Counted from the first letter of the stretch, positions 11,894-24,698 are shown. The stretch: DNA of 64,000 bases from Oopsacas minuta (GCA_024704765.1 JAKMXF010000321.1:248001-312000), one strand, 5' to 3'. Translations and numbers: made by a program. The notes: generated from the letters alone by a model not told the origin.

Positions 11894-12756
11894 ACAATTA
11901 GATTCAATGACAGCCATTCAAGGCGATATTAATATCATTATATTTATAAGGAATTAAATTGCTTACCCGCCTAAAGTGGTTTAATAAAATTCTCCAGAAA
12001 ATTCGCCCGCCTAACATGAATATTATCAAATTTAAGCGCCAGAATCTAATACAACATTAATTAAGAACCTTCTGTAAAAATTTTGCTATTAATAGGTAAA
12101 AGTGTTTCTAAAATTAGATCTTAAAGAAATGAATACAATGGGAAGAATATTATCCAGCAACTTAAGTAAGCATATTACATACAAAACGCATAGCATAGCT
12201 TATATGAAAGTGTCTTATGGTTTATGGTGCAATAATACATTTGCGTGCCTAATATTTGTGAGCGGCTAATTCCCGAATTAATTAGAAACTCGTTTCAGCT
12301 CCCACAACATGATGTCCATCTAAGCACGCGGGCAGGCAGCATTTCATATCTCATTATTTTTGTGACGTTATCATAATACAAAGTGGGCAATTCATGGAAA
12401 ATTTCAATGATTCTACTTGTAAATATGTTAATTAAGCGTGTGTAAAGGAGATCTGTGAAGATATAATCACTAATATTCACCCGTTAGTTAGTAAATATAT
12501 TGTGTAGTTGAATTCACTGATAAAATAGTGAAATAATTACAATATTCATACGGCAGGTAAACTTGATGCGGGTGGTGGAGCTGGAACAAGTTTCCAACTA
12601 ACAGTGGCCTAAAGGCGACTTCATAAAAAACATAAGAAATCGAAATAAACAAAAACAAATTTAGAATAATCATTATTAGTTGTCTAATACCAAAGAGTTA
12701 TGTATAATGCACACTAATAGTTGAATACGAAATATACAAAGTTTGCCTAACAACCA

Positions 12757-15700
12757 TTATGAAGCGATGTTATTCTGTAATTTTTGCAACATATCGTAGC
12801 CTTTTGTCCGCAAATTCAATAAAGAATCATCGATAACTTTATTTATTATTTGTGTCGCGTGTTTTTCGCTTGCTCCGGGGGAAAATCTGGTCCGCAAGGG
12901 TTCGATCGTGTTCCCACGGAAACAGGGCAGTTTCGTGTCTAACATGAGGTTAACCATCCGGACAACCTCATCACAAAACGGACGTAAAGCTAGATAACCT
13001 CTGACACACAATTCTCTAAACCACGTGTAGGGAGCTGCGTTTACATCCCCGCCCATAATTAAGAGCATTTCCTCTGTCAGTTTAACGTGAGGCTCAAATC
13101 CAAGATTACCCCCTGGTGATGATTCGAACATGAATCCGAAATCTATGTGGATAATATATCCCTCATTTGTTATTAGAATATTTCCATTGTGTCTATCTTT
13201 GATTTGTATCAGAAATGAAAATATAGAATATGCTGCTAAACTTTTGATGAAATTTAATCTTGCAACTTTGAAATTTTCAGAAAGAACATCGCCGAAAGTT
13301 GCAATGAAATAATCGAATAGATTAGTGTCCGTTTTCCGTCCGAGTTGATCGCGTGAGATGGCATTTGGGACACATTCAATAATGCCACATCCTGGCTCAG
13401 TGCAGACAACTTTATAAGGTTTGAAGAACAGCTCAAGTCCAGCTTTTTCAAGTACATTTTTGAAAAGGGACATGATTTGGAGGGCTAACATGTCTTGTCG
13501 AATATCATCACCTACTTTGAAAATACAGGATTGCCAATAAATCGAATCAGAGTCCTGTTTTATCTGCTGTAGGAGAGAATTTGATTGGTTCATACTCTCT
13601 AGATCTTCTAAGTTAAACTTTTTAACTTTGAATTGGGCGCGAAATGGCGCCTTTTCTGCGGACTGCATTGGTTTGGCGGATTCATGGTCGATTCCTACAA
13701 CCGCGCATTCTGGGTTGGACGGTAAATAAACCCCAACTTCCGGTTGAATTAGCGAAAACCTTTCCAAACAAGCTTGGTCGCGAGCAGGGCCAATTGGAAT
13801 GTCACGAATTTGCCCAGAAATGCCAGTTACTTTCTTGAAAAATTCGAATTCTCGTTGATAGAATTCCAAAGACATTCCGGAAAGGTTGCTAAGAATAACT
13901 GTTATAAGTTTTTCTAAAGTGTCATGGAGTTGCTCATCCGGAATTTCGGAGTGTTCATCAGTAAACATATTTGTTTTCATATTCCATACGATTTGATGCG
14001 TAAACAGTTGAGATTTTCTAGCTGCGCCAATTATTGAATGCCACACGAATCCGAGTTCGTCGCTCCTTAGTGATTGAACTATTTGAGGGATGTAGAAAAT
14101 TAAATGCTCCAAATCGGATGTGAGGAGAACTGAATACGACAGTTGGGCTGTTAAAACGTGGCGAGGGTATTGAGGTGTGAAAAGTGTCAGTGCGAATATG
14201 AGGCTTGGTTTCTGCCAGAATAAAATGTAGCTTAAATCATTGCGGTCTGATTCAATTTTAGTTTTTGTTAAAAATAATTCCAAAGCTGACCCACTTTCAA
14301 TTACTAAAGTTGGTTGTTTCGAAATAAAATTAACCAATTCGGAGTGAGGATTTGAGCCAAATGGCACACGTAATCTTTTCAATGTTTGTAGTGCTAAATA
14401 AGGTGACAACTGCCACAAATATTGGACATATGACACCCAGATTTTCTTGTGGAAAGGAGGCGGAGAGAACGAGACAAATTCCTCGTCATGTTTATTGTCT
14501 TCTTTGTATAAATGTAAAGGATCGAGCCATGAGTTTAATTTCAATAATTCCGAATGCAAAATGAGAATTAATATATGTTTTTCTAGCAAAAGAAATTCGC
14601 TATATTTCTCGTTATTTGTTTCATAAACTGACTCTTCACTATAGGAGAGAGGCGGAGAGAATTTCTGAGAAGACCGATTCGACTTTCCTGATTTGGCAGA
14701 GAGAAATGACCTTCGCGACCAATTTGTGGATTTGCTATTTTTCACGATTTTGGTTGTAGAATCTACATATATGTTGCTGAAGGAATGTGAACGCTGTGTG
14801 GGAAAATCGATCGGGAGATCTGGAGAGACACAAGTGGAGCTCGATTCTCTGGTAATCAAAATTTCATCCATATCAAGAAAATCCTGCGTCGAAAAGCTGC
14901 TACTGTCTGAAATCTGATTATTATCATTTTTAATACGTGACCAGAATGTTGTTAGCATTCCAATATCGTTGCGTAGCAACTCGAGAGAATGTGTAGGCCA
15001 TTCAGATTCAAAACTGAAAAAGTGCAGTGCAGTTATGAAAATACGTTTCCTCAACAAAAAGGTGTCAAAGTTTTCTGGAATTGATTTACTGTCCAAAATA
15101 TCGAGACATATGTTTAGGATCCTGAATGTGACACCAACGGTAGAAGGAAGTGGAATTATTGGTTGATAATTCACACCTTTAATACCTAAAAATAGCCCCA
15201 AAATACTGCTCATTATATTCAGTAGAATTTCAGTTTCGAAACTATTTTTATTTTTTAAGATTTGATAGCGATTATGTATGAAAATTATAATTTCTCTGTG
15301 TGCTAACACCTCTTCATAAACTAATGGCCCCTTGACGAATGTAACTCTGTCATTTTTGAATTCATATTCGGCAAAAATTCCTTGGTTACGGTCTTTTGTT
15401 GCTAGGATAAGTTGACAAGAATGTTTGAAAATTTCACTTTCAAATCCAGGTGACACACCAATCAACCAATCAAAATTGTTCAAGACAGAACTGACAGTTT
15501 TGAGATTAAAGTTTTGTACTAAATTTAGAAACATTTTCTCTAAAATTCCTTTAGTCAAATCCTTGGTGATTGCCAGATAACAAACAGCTGATTCTGAAGA
15601 AATAATCAAATCTGATTGGTCAAGGGATCTCAGCAGATTTGGTAGAAATTCCCTCGATTTCATTTCGCTGTTAACTTTTCCAAAAGTTTTAAACTTTTGG

Positions 15701-18700
15701 GAGTTCTCGAATGGATAATTAAGCCCCAAAACACTGTCACAAGGCGCTAAAACTGGATCTAATACGGTTTCCATGTAATCTGATTGGCTGAAGATATTTA
15801 TAGCAATCGACATGCCCGGGAACTTTATCTCAGAGGTGTCATAGTTTATAAAGAAACCCTGTAACACAGCTAAAGTGTCTCGATAAGAATACTCAAAAGA
15901 TGATTTAAAAAATCGCCTCATTTCTCCTTCAAAATACCGGAAAATATTCCGTTTCTTATCAAAAGTATCCGGCAAATTCAGCACGAAATCTGTATTAGGA
16001 ATTTTGATTGGTTCTTGGTGGGATATTGGCTTGCCTCTGGCTGTGCGTAGCGAATAATAAAGCAATGAATGGATACTAAAAATAGTGAAGATGAGTTCTA
16101 AATTTAGTAACAAATACTCGAATTGATTGAGTAGTGAATACAGTGTGCTGCAGGCGATATCCCGCACTGAATGGTCTAATGTACACAGACGTGGTATAAG
16201 CATAATAGCGTATAATTCCAGTTCCATATTATGTGCTAAAGTGGGTGGAACTTGTGCTGCCTTTATGGCTACACCCTTCCCTAGGATCTGATTGGCCATG
16301 ATACATAACACCTTATGGAATTCGTTTGAAATATGTTGGATAACTCTATTTTCACAATAGAATAGAATTGTTGGGAGTTTTGGCTTGGAATACTGCAATC
16401 GCATTATTTCGATATTGTAAAGTGCGATTAGGAATGTTAATTGGATCGAATCTAACCTTTGAATTCGAGATGAAATATCCGATGTATTCTCGAGTAATTG
16501 AACCAAATTGTGTCGCAATTGTGCCACAAGTGGTTTGGGCATGTGGCTCTTGTCTGACAACGAAGAGCTCTTCAGGAATGCAAAGAAATTCGAGCTATTC
16601 TTGTTTAGAAATATCGGAGTGCAAGAAGCGATAGTTTGTAAAGATTTCAAATGTATCGAGCTCGACACTAAATCTAGAACGACACTTGACAACCAGAAGT
16701 CCCTGAAAAGTGCCAAAACTCTCAAATCATTAGTGTCACCTATACAGCCACTTACAGCGACACATTGTGACACAATTCCAAGCCAACCGTAGATGATTTC
16801 AAGTTCTTTACCTCGTGCATTCCTTTCTACCTCTAAACACTCTGCTAAACTAGAAACTAATTTCTCAAAGGATTTTAAAGCAAAATTAGAACAAACCTGA
16901 ATATTTTCAAACTTCATTAAATTTGAAATTCCATTCTTAGCTAAATCTCTAAAACACTCATTTTTCGTATTTCCTATTACATCCAATAGGAAGTCACCAG
17001 TCCGGAGAATAAGACCAACTGATGGGTCATAATCTGACACCTTCGAGGTTTCATATAGAACAAATCCTCCGTGAATATTTGAGTATGAAATGTGACCTTT
17101 CAAAGCTTGTAAAATCGAAACTAAATTTAGTTTGGCAGACAATCGGATTAGAAGATTTACAATCAGCTGATATTGTAATATATTGGTTTCATCTTCTAAT
17201 CTAAGAAATATAATCAAGGATTAATCATATTTTTACACCTTTAATGAGCCCGTTAATGGGGATATATTATAATCTAGAAATGGACAGGGAGGAAATAACT
17301 ACTTTTGGACTCGTATCTGTCAATAAACGTTCCAAAAGGGTTCAAAAATGGACATAATATACAAATGGTCCCTTCATGAGACAAATAGAGTATTAAATAT
17401 CTCACCTGATTGATATGAGTCTACTTGCAAGTTGTCCAATGAATGCCTCAAATATCTGTCCTCCCTGACAGGCAACACATAATCCAGTTAGAACTTTAAA
17501 ATATTCTTCAAAAGACAAAATATGTTGAGAATTAAAGTCCTTTCTGATTAGAGATTCAGTTGGTATTTGGTCCAATTCCGGGAGCTTGAGAGAGGACCAA
17601 TTGTTCTTCAGGGGGCTACACACTCGTGACATGAAGCTGGACTCTAGTTGTCCCATAATGACATCGAATATTGACACCCTAAGGACATATGGTAAAATTT
17701 GACACCTGAATTAATACACAACCATTTCATATATTACGAAATTTACGCTAATTATATTGAGAGAAATACATCTGTTTACCAGCCAATCAGATTGAGTATT
17801 TTCTAGTGATCACATTCAATATAACAAACAGCTGGTACATATGCTGAATTGTTTGGCACATTTTGTTTGTATGAAAATGTTGTTTTATATTCTAGCGATA
17901 TTTGTAAACAATAAACAACAAACCTGCATGTAGGCATTTTGTTTACTAATTCAGTGAGAACGAGCATGGTTTCAATTCTGATTCCAAATTGAAAATTGTC
18001 TAACGAATGTTTCAATTTTATCTCAAAAGTGTCGATTAATATATCGCATAATTCATCCCAGTTGACACCTGTCTGCAACAGGGTGACTGACAATCTCATG
18101 AGTGCTGAAAAGCGCGAATGGAAGGAGTTATAATACTTCAGCTCTTGTCCTGGTTTGATTTCTCTATAGGAACTAATTAACTGAGTTAGTTCAGATAGAA
18201 CACAAGATTTGAGTTTCTGAGTTGATTCATTTTGTGGTGGATTTGAGAGAAGGTGTGAAAGTGACCGATATATGACAGGTTGTAGGTTGTAGGTTGAAAA
18301 GTCGATTTGGAAACCATTTGGAACTACCTAAAGATTAGTACCAGATTAAAATGAATCTTAAAATACTTAAATACCAACGAGGTAACCATGGAAACTAGGA
18401 CATAACACTTCACAGGGGATTTGGTGAATAATATTCATGGTATGTAGTATGTAATAATATATTATAGGAAGTGAATAGCTTGATAGTTCCAATTTACAAT
18501 CAAATAAAGTATAATTAGTTATTGATTGTTAATACTTTCAATATGATGAATGTTTTTGACGCTCAACAAAAATTTGATTGGTTCCAATTTGAACTAAAAT
18601 ATGTCCAATTGCTAACTTATATAATCACTTTCAATATGTGCAAAATTCATCACCTATTGTTTCACGATTTCTGGCACACTAGCCCAAAAGTTGGGACATC

Positions 18701-19621
18701 AAACTTGTTTTGAGAAAATCAAAATTCATAGCAATGGAATGTATGTCGTAAAGATGAAAACTGATAATATAAATTGTGTAATTATTAAACTTCAAAGGAC
18801 ACAATTAGAATACTTCTCATATGACCATCACCAATATATGATTATAGACATATATATATGTATGTATTTAGTTCCAATTGCAACTAACTCACGTTTTCAC
18901 GACAATATTCAACTATGGCAAGACTTTTATCAACCAAATGTTGCATATCTTCTTTGCCAACAGAAGTGCTCCATCGAAATGGCGCGCCATCTAGTGTTAG
19001 TTCCATATTCGAAATTTCAATTCCAGAATTTTCAATCTCAGTTCTAATTTGTTCTTTTTTGACTGAAATACCTTCGTATATTCCAATCAACATAGCAATG
19101 GTTGCCATGGTAACATCTTGATCTCTATTAGAAACCAACTTTTCGTAAAGTTGGGAAATTATTTTTGAAAATATTTCAAGAATTTCGCCGGAGCTTAGAG
19201 ATAAGTTTTTGCATTCCTCGGCTATCCACCGTATCCTAGCAACTGATTGCTTGAAGAAATAGGCAATAGAAGAGTGTTCTGAATTAGAAAATTGAGAGAT
19301 TGGCGCATTTTGTAAAATAGAAATAAGAGAATGAAATAATTCATCAGAAAATTTGGAATTCGTTTGAGTTAGAAATAAAGAAATACTTTCGAAGGAAAGT
19401 AGAACTTGATCTGTTACAAGAAAAGGTGTGAAATTGGGTGCTTGAATTGCTTGGAAATTTGTGGGTGTTATGGGAGAGTTGACAAGTGACAGTTGTGGCA
19501 GTTGTGGCAGAAAGTGGCACAAAATCTGTACTTGTTTCCAAGAGGGATCTGTTGTCCTTGAGAGAGAAATAGCCAAATCATAAAAAGTAGATTTGAGTAG
19601 TTTTCCATTCAAAAAATCCAT
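12757..19621 (-). CDS. PI4KA: Phosphatidylinositol 4-kinase III alpha, 4 exons, ~1949 aa
   Basis: Exons 19621-18893, 18327-17924, 17678-17406, 17200-12757 join in frame. Catalytic motifs FKVGDDIRQDMLALQ, IKDRHNGNIL and HIDFGFMFESSPGGNLGFE. The N-terminus FYDLAISLSR resembles the PI4KA N-terminus. Confidence 0.95.
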
Positions 19622-19666
19622 TCAGAATTCTAATACGAAACAAATTGCTAATAGAAATTGGTTTGG

Positions 19667-19786
19667 AAAGGTGTGAAAATATACACATAAAAATAATTTA
19701 AATGTCAGGTGCACAACCAGATGTCACTACGGGTACACATGCCAAATTTGGCGTCTTAATCTCTAAAGGTGTCAACAGCAGAGCGA
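19667..19786 (+). repeat. Dispersed repeat family B, copy 2, in the LRRC23-PI4KA intergenic region
   Basis: Matches 10198-10316. Confidence 0.85.
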
Positions 19787-19876
19787 AAATAATATATCAC
19801 CCTATGATTTAATAAATGTGAGTATAGTGAGTATGTTGTAAATTAGTAATAATTATTATACTAATTTTGGAATAGG

Positions 19877-21338
19877 TTAATCCTCTGGAGGTTGTTCTTG
19901 TTCCAGTTTGGATTCAGATAGCTCCTGGGCTTCTAATCGCTCATCATTAGTGAATTTCTCTTTATCAAGTTTATCTAGCAATCTAAGAAATATCAAAGTT
20001 TCGATTCTATAATTCTCAGTTTCAGTGACCGGGGTGTCAAGGAATGAGAGAGATTTTAGAGAACTCGATAACACCTAAAAATCAAATAAATAAATAAATA
20101 GATTATACAATCCACTCCTGTTATATCTACCACGAATATAGTCAAATACCCGCTTATATAGAAGTCTTAAAGTACAAATATGGTCACAAACAGTCCAAGT
20201 AATTATTGCGGTCCCGTGAGCTTAGATATAATGGGAGTTGATTATAGTTATATTAGTACTAAACAGACTATGGATATAAAAGTTAGTAGAAGTGTAATCT
20301 GTATACATATAAAGCTTCTACGACACCATACATTACATACCAATAGCCACGTTTATTGCAGGATATTACATTATTTCTGAGGTGTAAAGTGTCAAGTCAC
20401 GTGCCAAATCAGAATAGCTCCAGTTATTGGTGGGAAGACACTAAAATATCGACAAAATTCGCAATGTACCTGTTTCGTACCATAGGAACGTGTCCATGGT
20501 TTCATTTAGTTAATAAAAATAACTAATGTGTCAGTGAATTAGCTATGAGTGGAAAATTTTCCTGGAAAAAGTGTCTCACCTGGAGTTTAGAAATCTCATT
20601 CATAATCTCAACTTGTGTTTGCCTCATATTCAAAACACTCAAACGACACAATTTTTCAGAAAATCCATCCAAACTTTGAATTGGATTTTCCCTCAAATGT
20701 AACACCTCCAATGAACCCATCATTTCAATACCCTCAATAGCTGTAATCTGATTGGCTGCTAGATATAATTGTTCTAATTTTGGAAGTGATATATTTTCGG
20801 TTGTAGTCAGCTGATTTCCTCGAAGCTCAAGAATTCTGAGGCTGTCCAATTTGAAAGTGTCCAAACCGGAAACAGTTCCAATTTGGTTATAATTCAAGTT
20901 CAAGTGGCGCAAATGTGGATACACAAACTCACTGGTCGACACAATATTATTACGCGCCAAGTTTAATATTTGTAAATATGGACATTCGCCAAGATTTGCT
21001 TCAATTAACAAATTTCTTTCTGCGTCTAACCTCAACAAATTCGGTAAACTATTCAAACAAGAAATATCTGTAAGAGAATTTCCAGATATATCTACATACC
21101 TAACATATTTGTATTTAGCTAATAGGCTTATATCCGTTAGTTCCTTATCTATACATTGGAACCTAGTTAGTGCAAATTGTACTCCATGGTTGATTTTAGC
21201 TAACAGGCTTAAGGACTCTTTCATATGAGCGGGAGAGAGGAGATTCACAACTTTTGGGGGTTCTTCGTCCTCCTGAGGCTGGTCAGGGTCCCTCTCCTCT
21301 TCAGGGTCTATATCTGATTGCTGATTGTCATCATCCAT
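19877..21338 (-). CDS. LRRC23: Leucine-rich repeat protein 23 (SDS22-like LRRs; ciliary radial-spoke associated), 2 exons, ~318 aa
   Basis: Exons 21338-20580 and 20074-19877 (phase 0). Acidic N-terminus, LSLLAK-I-HG-Q-A---F-C-DKELTDI segment, tandem LxxLxLxxNxI repeats and the LRR cap ENYRIETLIFLRLLDKLDKEKF. Confidence 0.85.
20108..20244 (+). mobile_element. TA-flanked MITE family C copy in the LRRC23 intron
   Basis: TA|CAATCCACTCCTGTTATATCTA ... TAGATATAATGGGAGTTGATTA|TA terminal inverted repeats. Confidence 0.8.
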
Positions 21339-21567
21339 CTGACACTAAGTAGCAGCTATAGTTCCGAATTAATTGCACTAATAATATTTATGTGAATAGA
21401 CAAAGTCTTACGAGCCTAATTTCTTTGACTTTTAGGTAAAGCAGAACGTATCCTTGGTCCCACTTGTCAGTTATTCCAGGATAGACCATTACTGATAAAT
21501 AATAAATACAAAATATGAATAATCTAAAATTAGCCACAAATTAATCGCTATTCAAACATTCAACCAT

Positions 21568-21735
21568 TTGATAGAATGTCAAGTTGTTAGTAAATCGGAT
21601 TTAGTCCTTCTGTCTTCAGTAATTCAACAGCTGATTTACAATTCTCCTCATTTCTAGCTGTGAGAAGGACTAGTCCTACTCCTTTATTACCTCCTGTCAC
21701 AACTGCTACACCTTCCAAACCACTGTCCATATAGT
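21568..21735 (-). pseudogene. Inverted 5-prime fragment of the neighbouring carbonyl reductase gene
   Basis: The reverse complement matches CBR 23632-~23838 (ATG...gtagcagttgtgacaggaggtaataaaggagtagg...tccttctcacagctagaaatgaggagaat...gacattctatcaaa). It has a 39-nt deletion and a GAA>TAA stop. Confidence 0.9.
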
Positions 21736-21891
21736 ATTACATAAGAATTAGAATACTCGAGTACTCAAACACGAGTACAACATGTGATTGCTTACCATAC
21801 AGAAAATTATAATTACTGTAACACGAGACCTGTAACTGATTGGAAATATATAAGATTATGTTTGAACGAATCTACAATTCATCTCAGAAAT

Positions 21892-22494
21892 ATGAACATA
21901 TTCACTATTTCCCTCATTTTCGCGTGCACATTTTTGGCGGTCAAATCGCAGACGCCTCCAACAATGGTAGAAACATTCAGCGCAAATCTATCAGTATACA
22001 TTCATGACCCGAATGCGAATATAACCCTTAGAGGCTGGATTAGCCAGGACGATGATAAGAAGATATACGCGCTGGTAATCGAGATTCCCAGAAGCCAACA
22101 CGAACCTCAAGGAGGTTACTTTAAAGAAGTATTAATTAACGACAAAGCGTACATTGTAACACCTCCAAGGGGAGGAAACGACCCACATACATGTGAATGT
22201 TTTAACAATCCTTACTTTGAGTACTACTGGTGGATGCCTGATGCAAAAATGGTATCACAGCCTGAACCGAAGACCCCGACTTTGACCTGCTGGGAAGCGA
22301 AAGATGGTAGAGGGGCTCTTACGTTGTGTCTGATACCTAACACTTCTACTCCCAAATTTGAATTCACATTCCATATCTATCCTAGGATACATTATCTCGA
22401 CTATATTGCATACTCCGCTGGGTCTACCAACTCTACTATGCTTAAAGTGCCTTCAGAGTGTGCCACGACAATTTGTAATAATATTAGTGTGTAA
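21892..22494 (+). CDS. Secreted 200-aa protein, possibly ependymin-related (EPDR/LolA fold)
   Basis: Signal peptide MNIFTISLIFACTFLAVKS, then PP--VETFSA, a beta-strand-rich core, TCEC, and a C-terminal LKVPSEC resembling the ependymin F-PP--C end. Family call is inference. Intronless. Confidence 0.5.
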   Translation: MNIFTISLIFACTFLAVKSQTPPTMVETFSANLSVYIHDPNANITLRGWISQDDDKKIYALVIEIPRSQHEPQGGYFKEVLINDKAYIVTPPRGGNDPHTCECFNNPYFEYYWWMPDAKMVSQPEPKTPTLTCWEAKDGRGALTLCLIPNTSTPKFEFTFHIYPRIHYLDYIAYSAGSTNSTMLKVPSECATTICNNISV

Positions 22495-23138
22495 TTCTGA
22501 TAAGAACTAGTTAGAGGTAACACAATCAAAAATTTGTAGATGATTGTTAATAGTTATTGTTATTAGTATATCTTGTTTTGCAATATCAAATTGAGGCCAT
22601 TGATGGAGAAGGAAGCTACAAACACGACAAATAAAAATGGCTCTGGCGATTCAGGCAGGGTTTATATACAGGACTAAAATACGAGACGTGACGTTGTGTC
22701 CTTCCAAATTCATCATGCAATGTGTACAACTAGACACTTCATGTATTCGGTACTATCCCCTACTATCTTGGGGTCTTAGAACTAGTATGTGAAATATTCT
22801 GAGTGTGGCCTGAAAACCATACAGTAAAATATTTGGGATACGAGCAATCTAAGGCGTATTATAACTAGTGTGAGAAATTTTCCCTTTTCACCTGATTGGT
22901 TTCCGATTTACGGACCTCAGCAGTCCCCAAATGCTGGTATGTTAGGCTCAGTGTTAAGCGTGTTTGGAGTTCAGTGATTTAGGGCCGCAACTCGCAAAAA
23001 AGCTAGCTTCTTTTTCCAATACCCTCATGTCACGTCAAGTCCTTGAAACTAGACACGCCCCCGCCAAACACCTAGATAACACCTTGGTTTCACACAAATA
23101 CGAAATCCAAAAATTGTTGGAGACAAAGTAAATATTTT

Positions 23139-23523
23139 CAGGTACGTCGCCAGGATATGATTTTTCACGTAGGGGGCAGGACGAGGGTAGGTGTTTTCAC
23201 GGGTCTAGCATGAGGCATAGCTACTGATAACAAGCCATATTTGTCTACCAGACATTAAATACATTCCTACTATCACATAAGTAGGTTTGAAACTTGAAAT
23301 AATTCTCATAACTGCGTAATACACATTTGGTTTGGAGTATTTTCCGATTGACTTTGTGCTTTGCGTATATTAAGAAGATGCATACATTTGATCAGGACAA
23401 TACTCGGAAATAATACTAAATTTTACAGTTTGCAATTTGAGTCAAAGGGGCATGCACAAGGGTAAGAGATTTTACAGGGGGGACGTTGCCCCTAATGATA
23501 AATCCCTCGTGACGACGTCCCTG
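23139..23523. mobile_element. Non-autonomous hAT-type element (385 bp) with an 8-bp target-site duplication
   Basis: TIRs CAGGTACGTCGCCA / CAGGGACGTCGTCA (12/14 match), flanked on both sides by AATATTTT (23131-23138 and 23524-23531). Confidence 0.85.
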
Positions 23524-23636
23524 AATATTTTATGTAATGGAACCATTTTGTTATAAATTCTACGCGAATATAGAAAATCGTTGCTTTCTATTTTAATAAT
23601 TTCGTGTCCTTTATAGATATTCTAATATTAGACTAT

Positions 23637-24476
23637 ATGGCCAGTTCTTTGGAGGGCGTAGCAGTTGTGACAGGAGGTAATAAAGGAGTAGGGCTAGCCA
23701 TTGTGAGAGGACTCTGCAAACAGTTCAAAGGTCACGTCCTTCTCACAGCTAGAAATGAGGAGAATGGTAAATCAGCTGTTGAATTACTGAAGACAGAAGG
23801 ACTAAATCCGATTTACGAACAACTTGACATTCTATCAAACGAGTCAATAGATAAATTCAAGTCTCGTATAGAGAAGAATTACGGTGGTATTGACATACTA
23901 GTCAATAATGCGGGTATTGCTTACAAACGAGCATCGACTAGTCCTTTGATTGAGAAAGCGCACGTCACTCTGCAAACCAATTTATTCGCTACTTTAGCTG
24001 TAACAAATACATTACTCCCTCATATGAGAAATGGTAGTCATATTTGCATGGTGTCCTCAATGACATCTAAACTTAAAAATGTGTCGCAAGACAAAGACCA
24101 TCCAGTGAGACAGAGACTAATAGATCCCAGTCTGACAGAGGAGGGGGTACTCTCTTTGATGAGAGAGTACCTCATAGCTGTGGACAACAATGATTACTCA
24201 ATATGGCCGAAAGACAGTCCGTATTCCTTGTCGAAAGTCGCTATAACTGCAGTTACCCGCGCGATTGGTAGGAAACTAGCCAATGATCCGCGAGGAATTA
24301 TAATCAATGCCTGCTGTCCAGGGTATGTTGATACAGATATGACAAGTCACAGGGGAGTGCTTACCCCGGACCAGGGGGCAGTAACACCCCTCATGATGTG
24401 CTTCATTCCCTCCAAGGGTAGTAATGGGGAATTCTACATGGAGGAGAAGATGTATGATTGGTTGAATAGCGATTAA
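23637..24476 (+). CDS. Carbonyl reductase (CBR1-like short-chain dehydrogenase/reductase), 279 aa
   Basis: VTGGNKGVG cofactor motif, LVNNAGI, VSS, catalytic YSLSK and CCPGYVDTDM. Intronless. Confidence 0.92.
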   Translation: MASSLEGVAVVTGGNKGVGLAIVRGLCKQFKGHVLLTARNEENGKSAVELLKTEGLNPIYEQLDILSNESIDKFKSRIEKNYGGIDILVNNAGIAYKRASTSPLIEKAHVTLQTNLFATLAVTNTLLPHMRNGSHICMVSSMTSKLKNVSQDKDHPVRQRLIDPSLTEEGVLSLMREYLIAVDNNDYSIWPKDSPYSLSKVAITAVTRAIGRKLANDPRGIIINACCPGYVDTDMTSHRGVLTPDQGAVTPLMMCFIPSKGSNGEFYMEEKMYDWLNSD

Positions 24477-24698
24477 TTTGTAGCTATTTTTAGATTTGTA
24501 GTTTCTAGGAGTATTTAGGAATCTCAGTTATTTCGGATATATATTAGCGAATATTTATCAATAAGTTACCAAAAAGTTTTTTTGTGCTATAAAAACGAGA
24601 CAACTGGCAAATATGAGCCAGTATAACACCCAATAGAGGGCTACACTTACAAATCAAAACTTAAACATTCACTATCTCATAAAATAAACAAACAAAAC

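Noticed and set aside
13484-13522. PI4KA DDIRQD instead of the usual DDCRQD
   Set aside because: Single substitution with all catalytic motifs intact; no basis from the sequence alone to claim functional novelty.
13130-17204. Many plus-strand ORFs overlapping PI4KA
   Set aside because: Antisense shadows of a long coding exon.
21380-21500. Short minus-strand ATG-initiated frame (MVYPGITDKWDQ...) upstream of LRRC23 with a donor-like GTAAGA
   Set aside because: Does not splice in frame to LRRC23 and resembles nothing known; at most a uORF.
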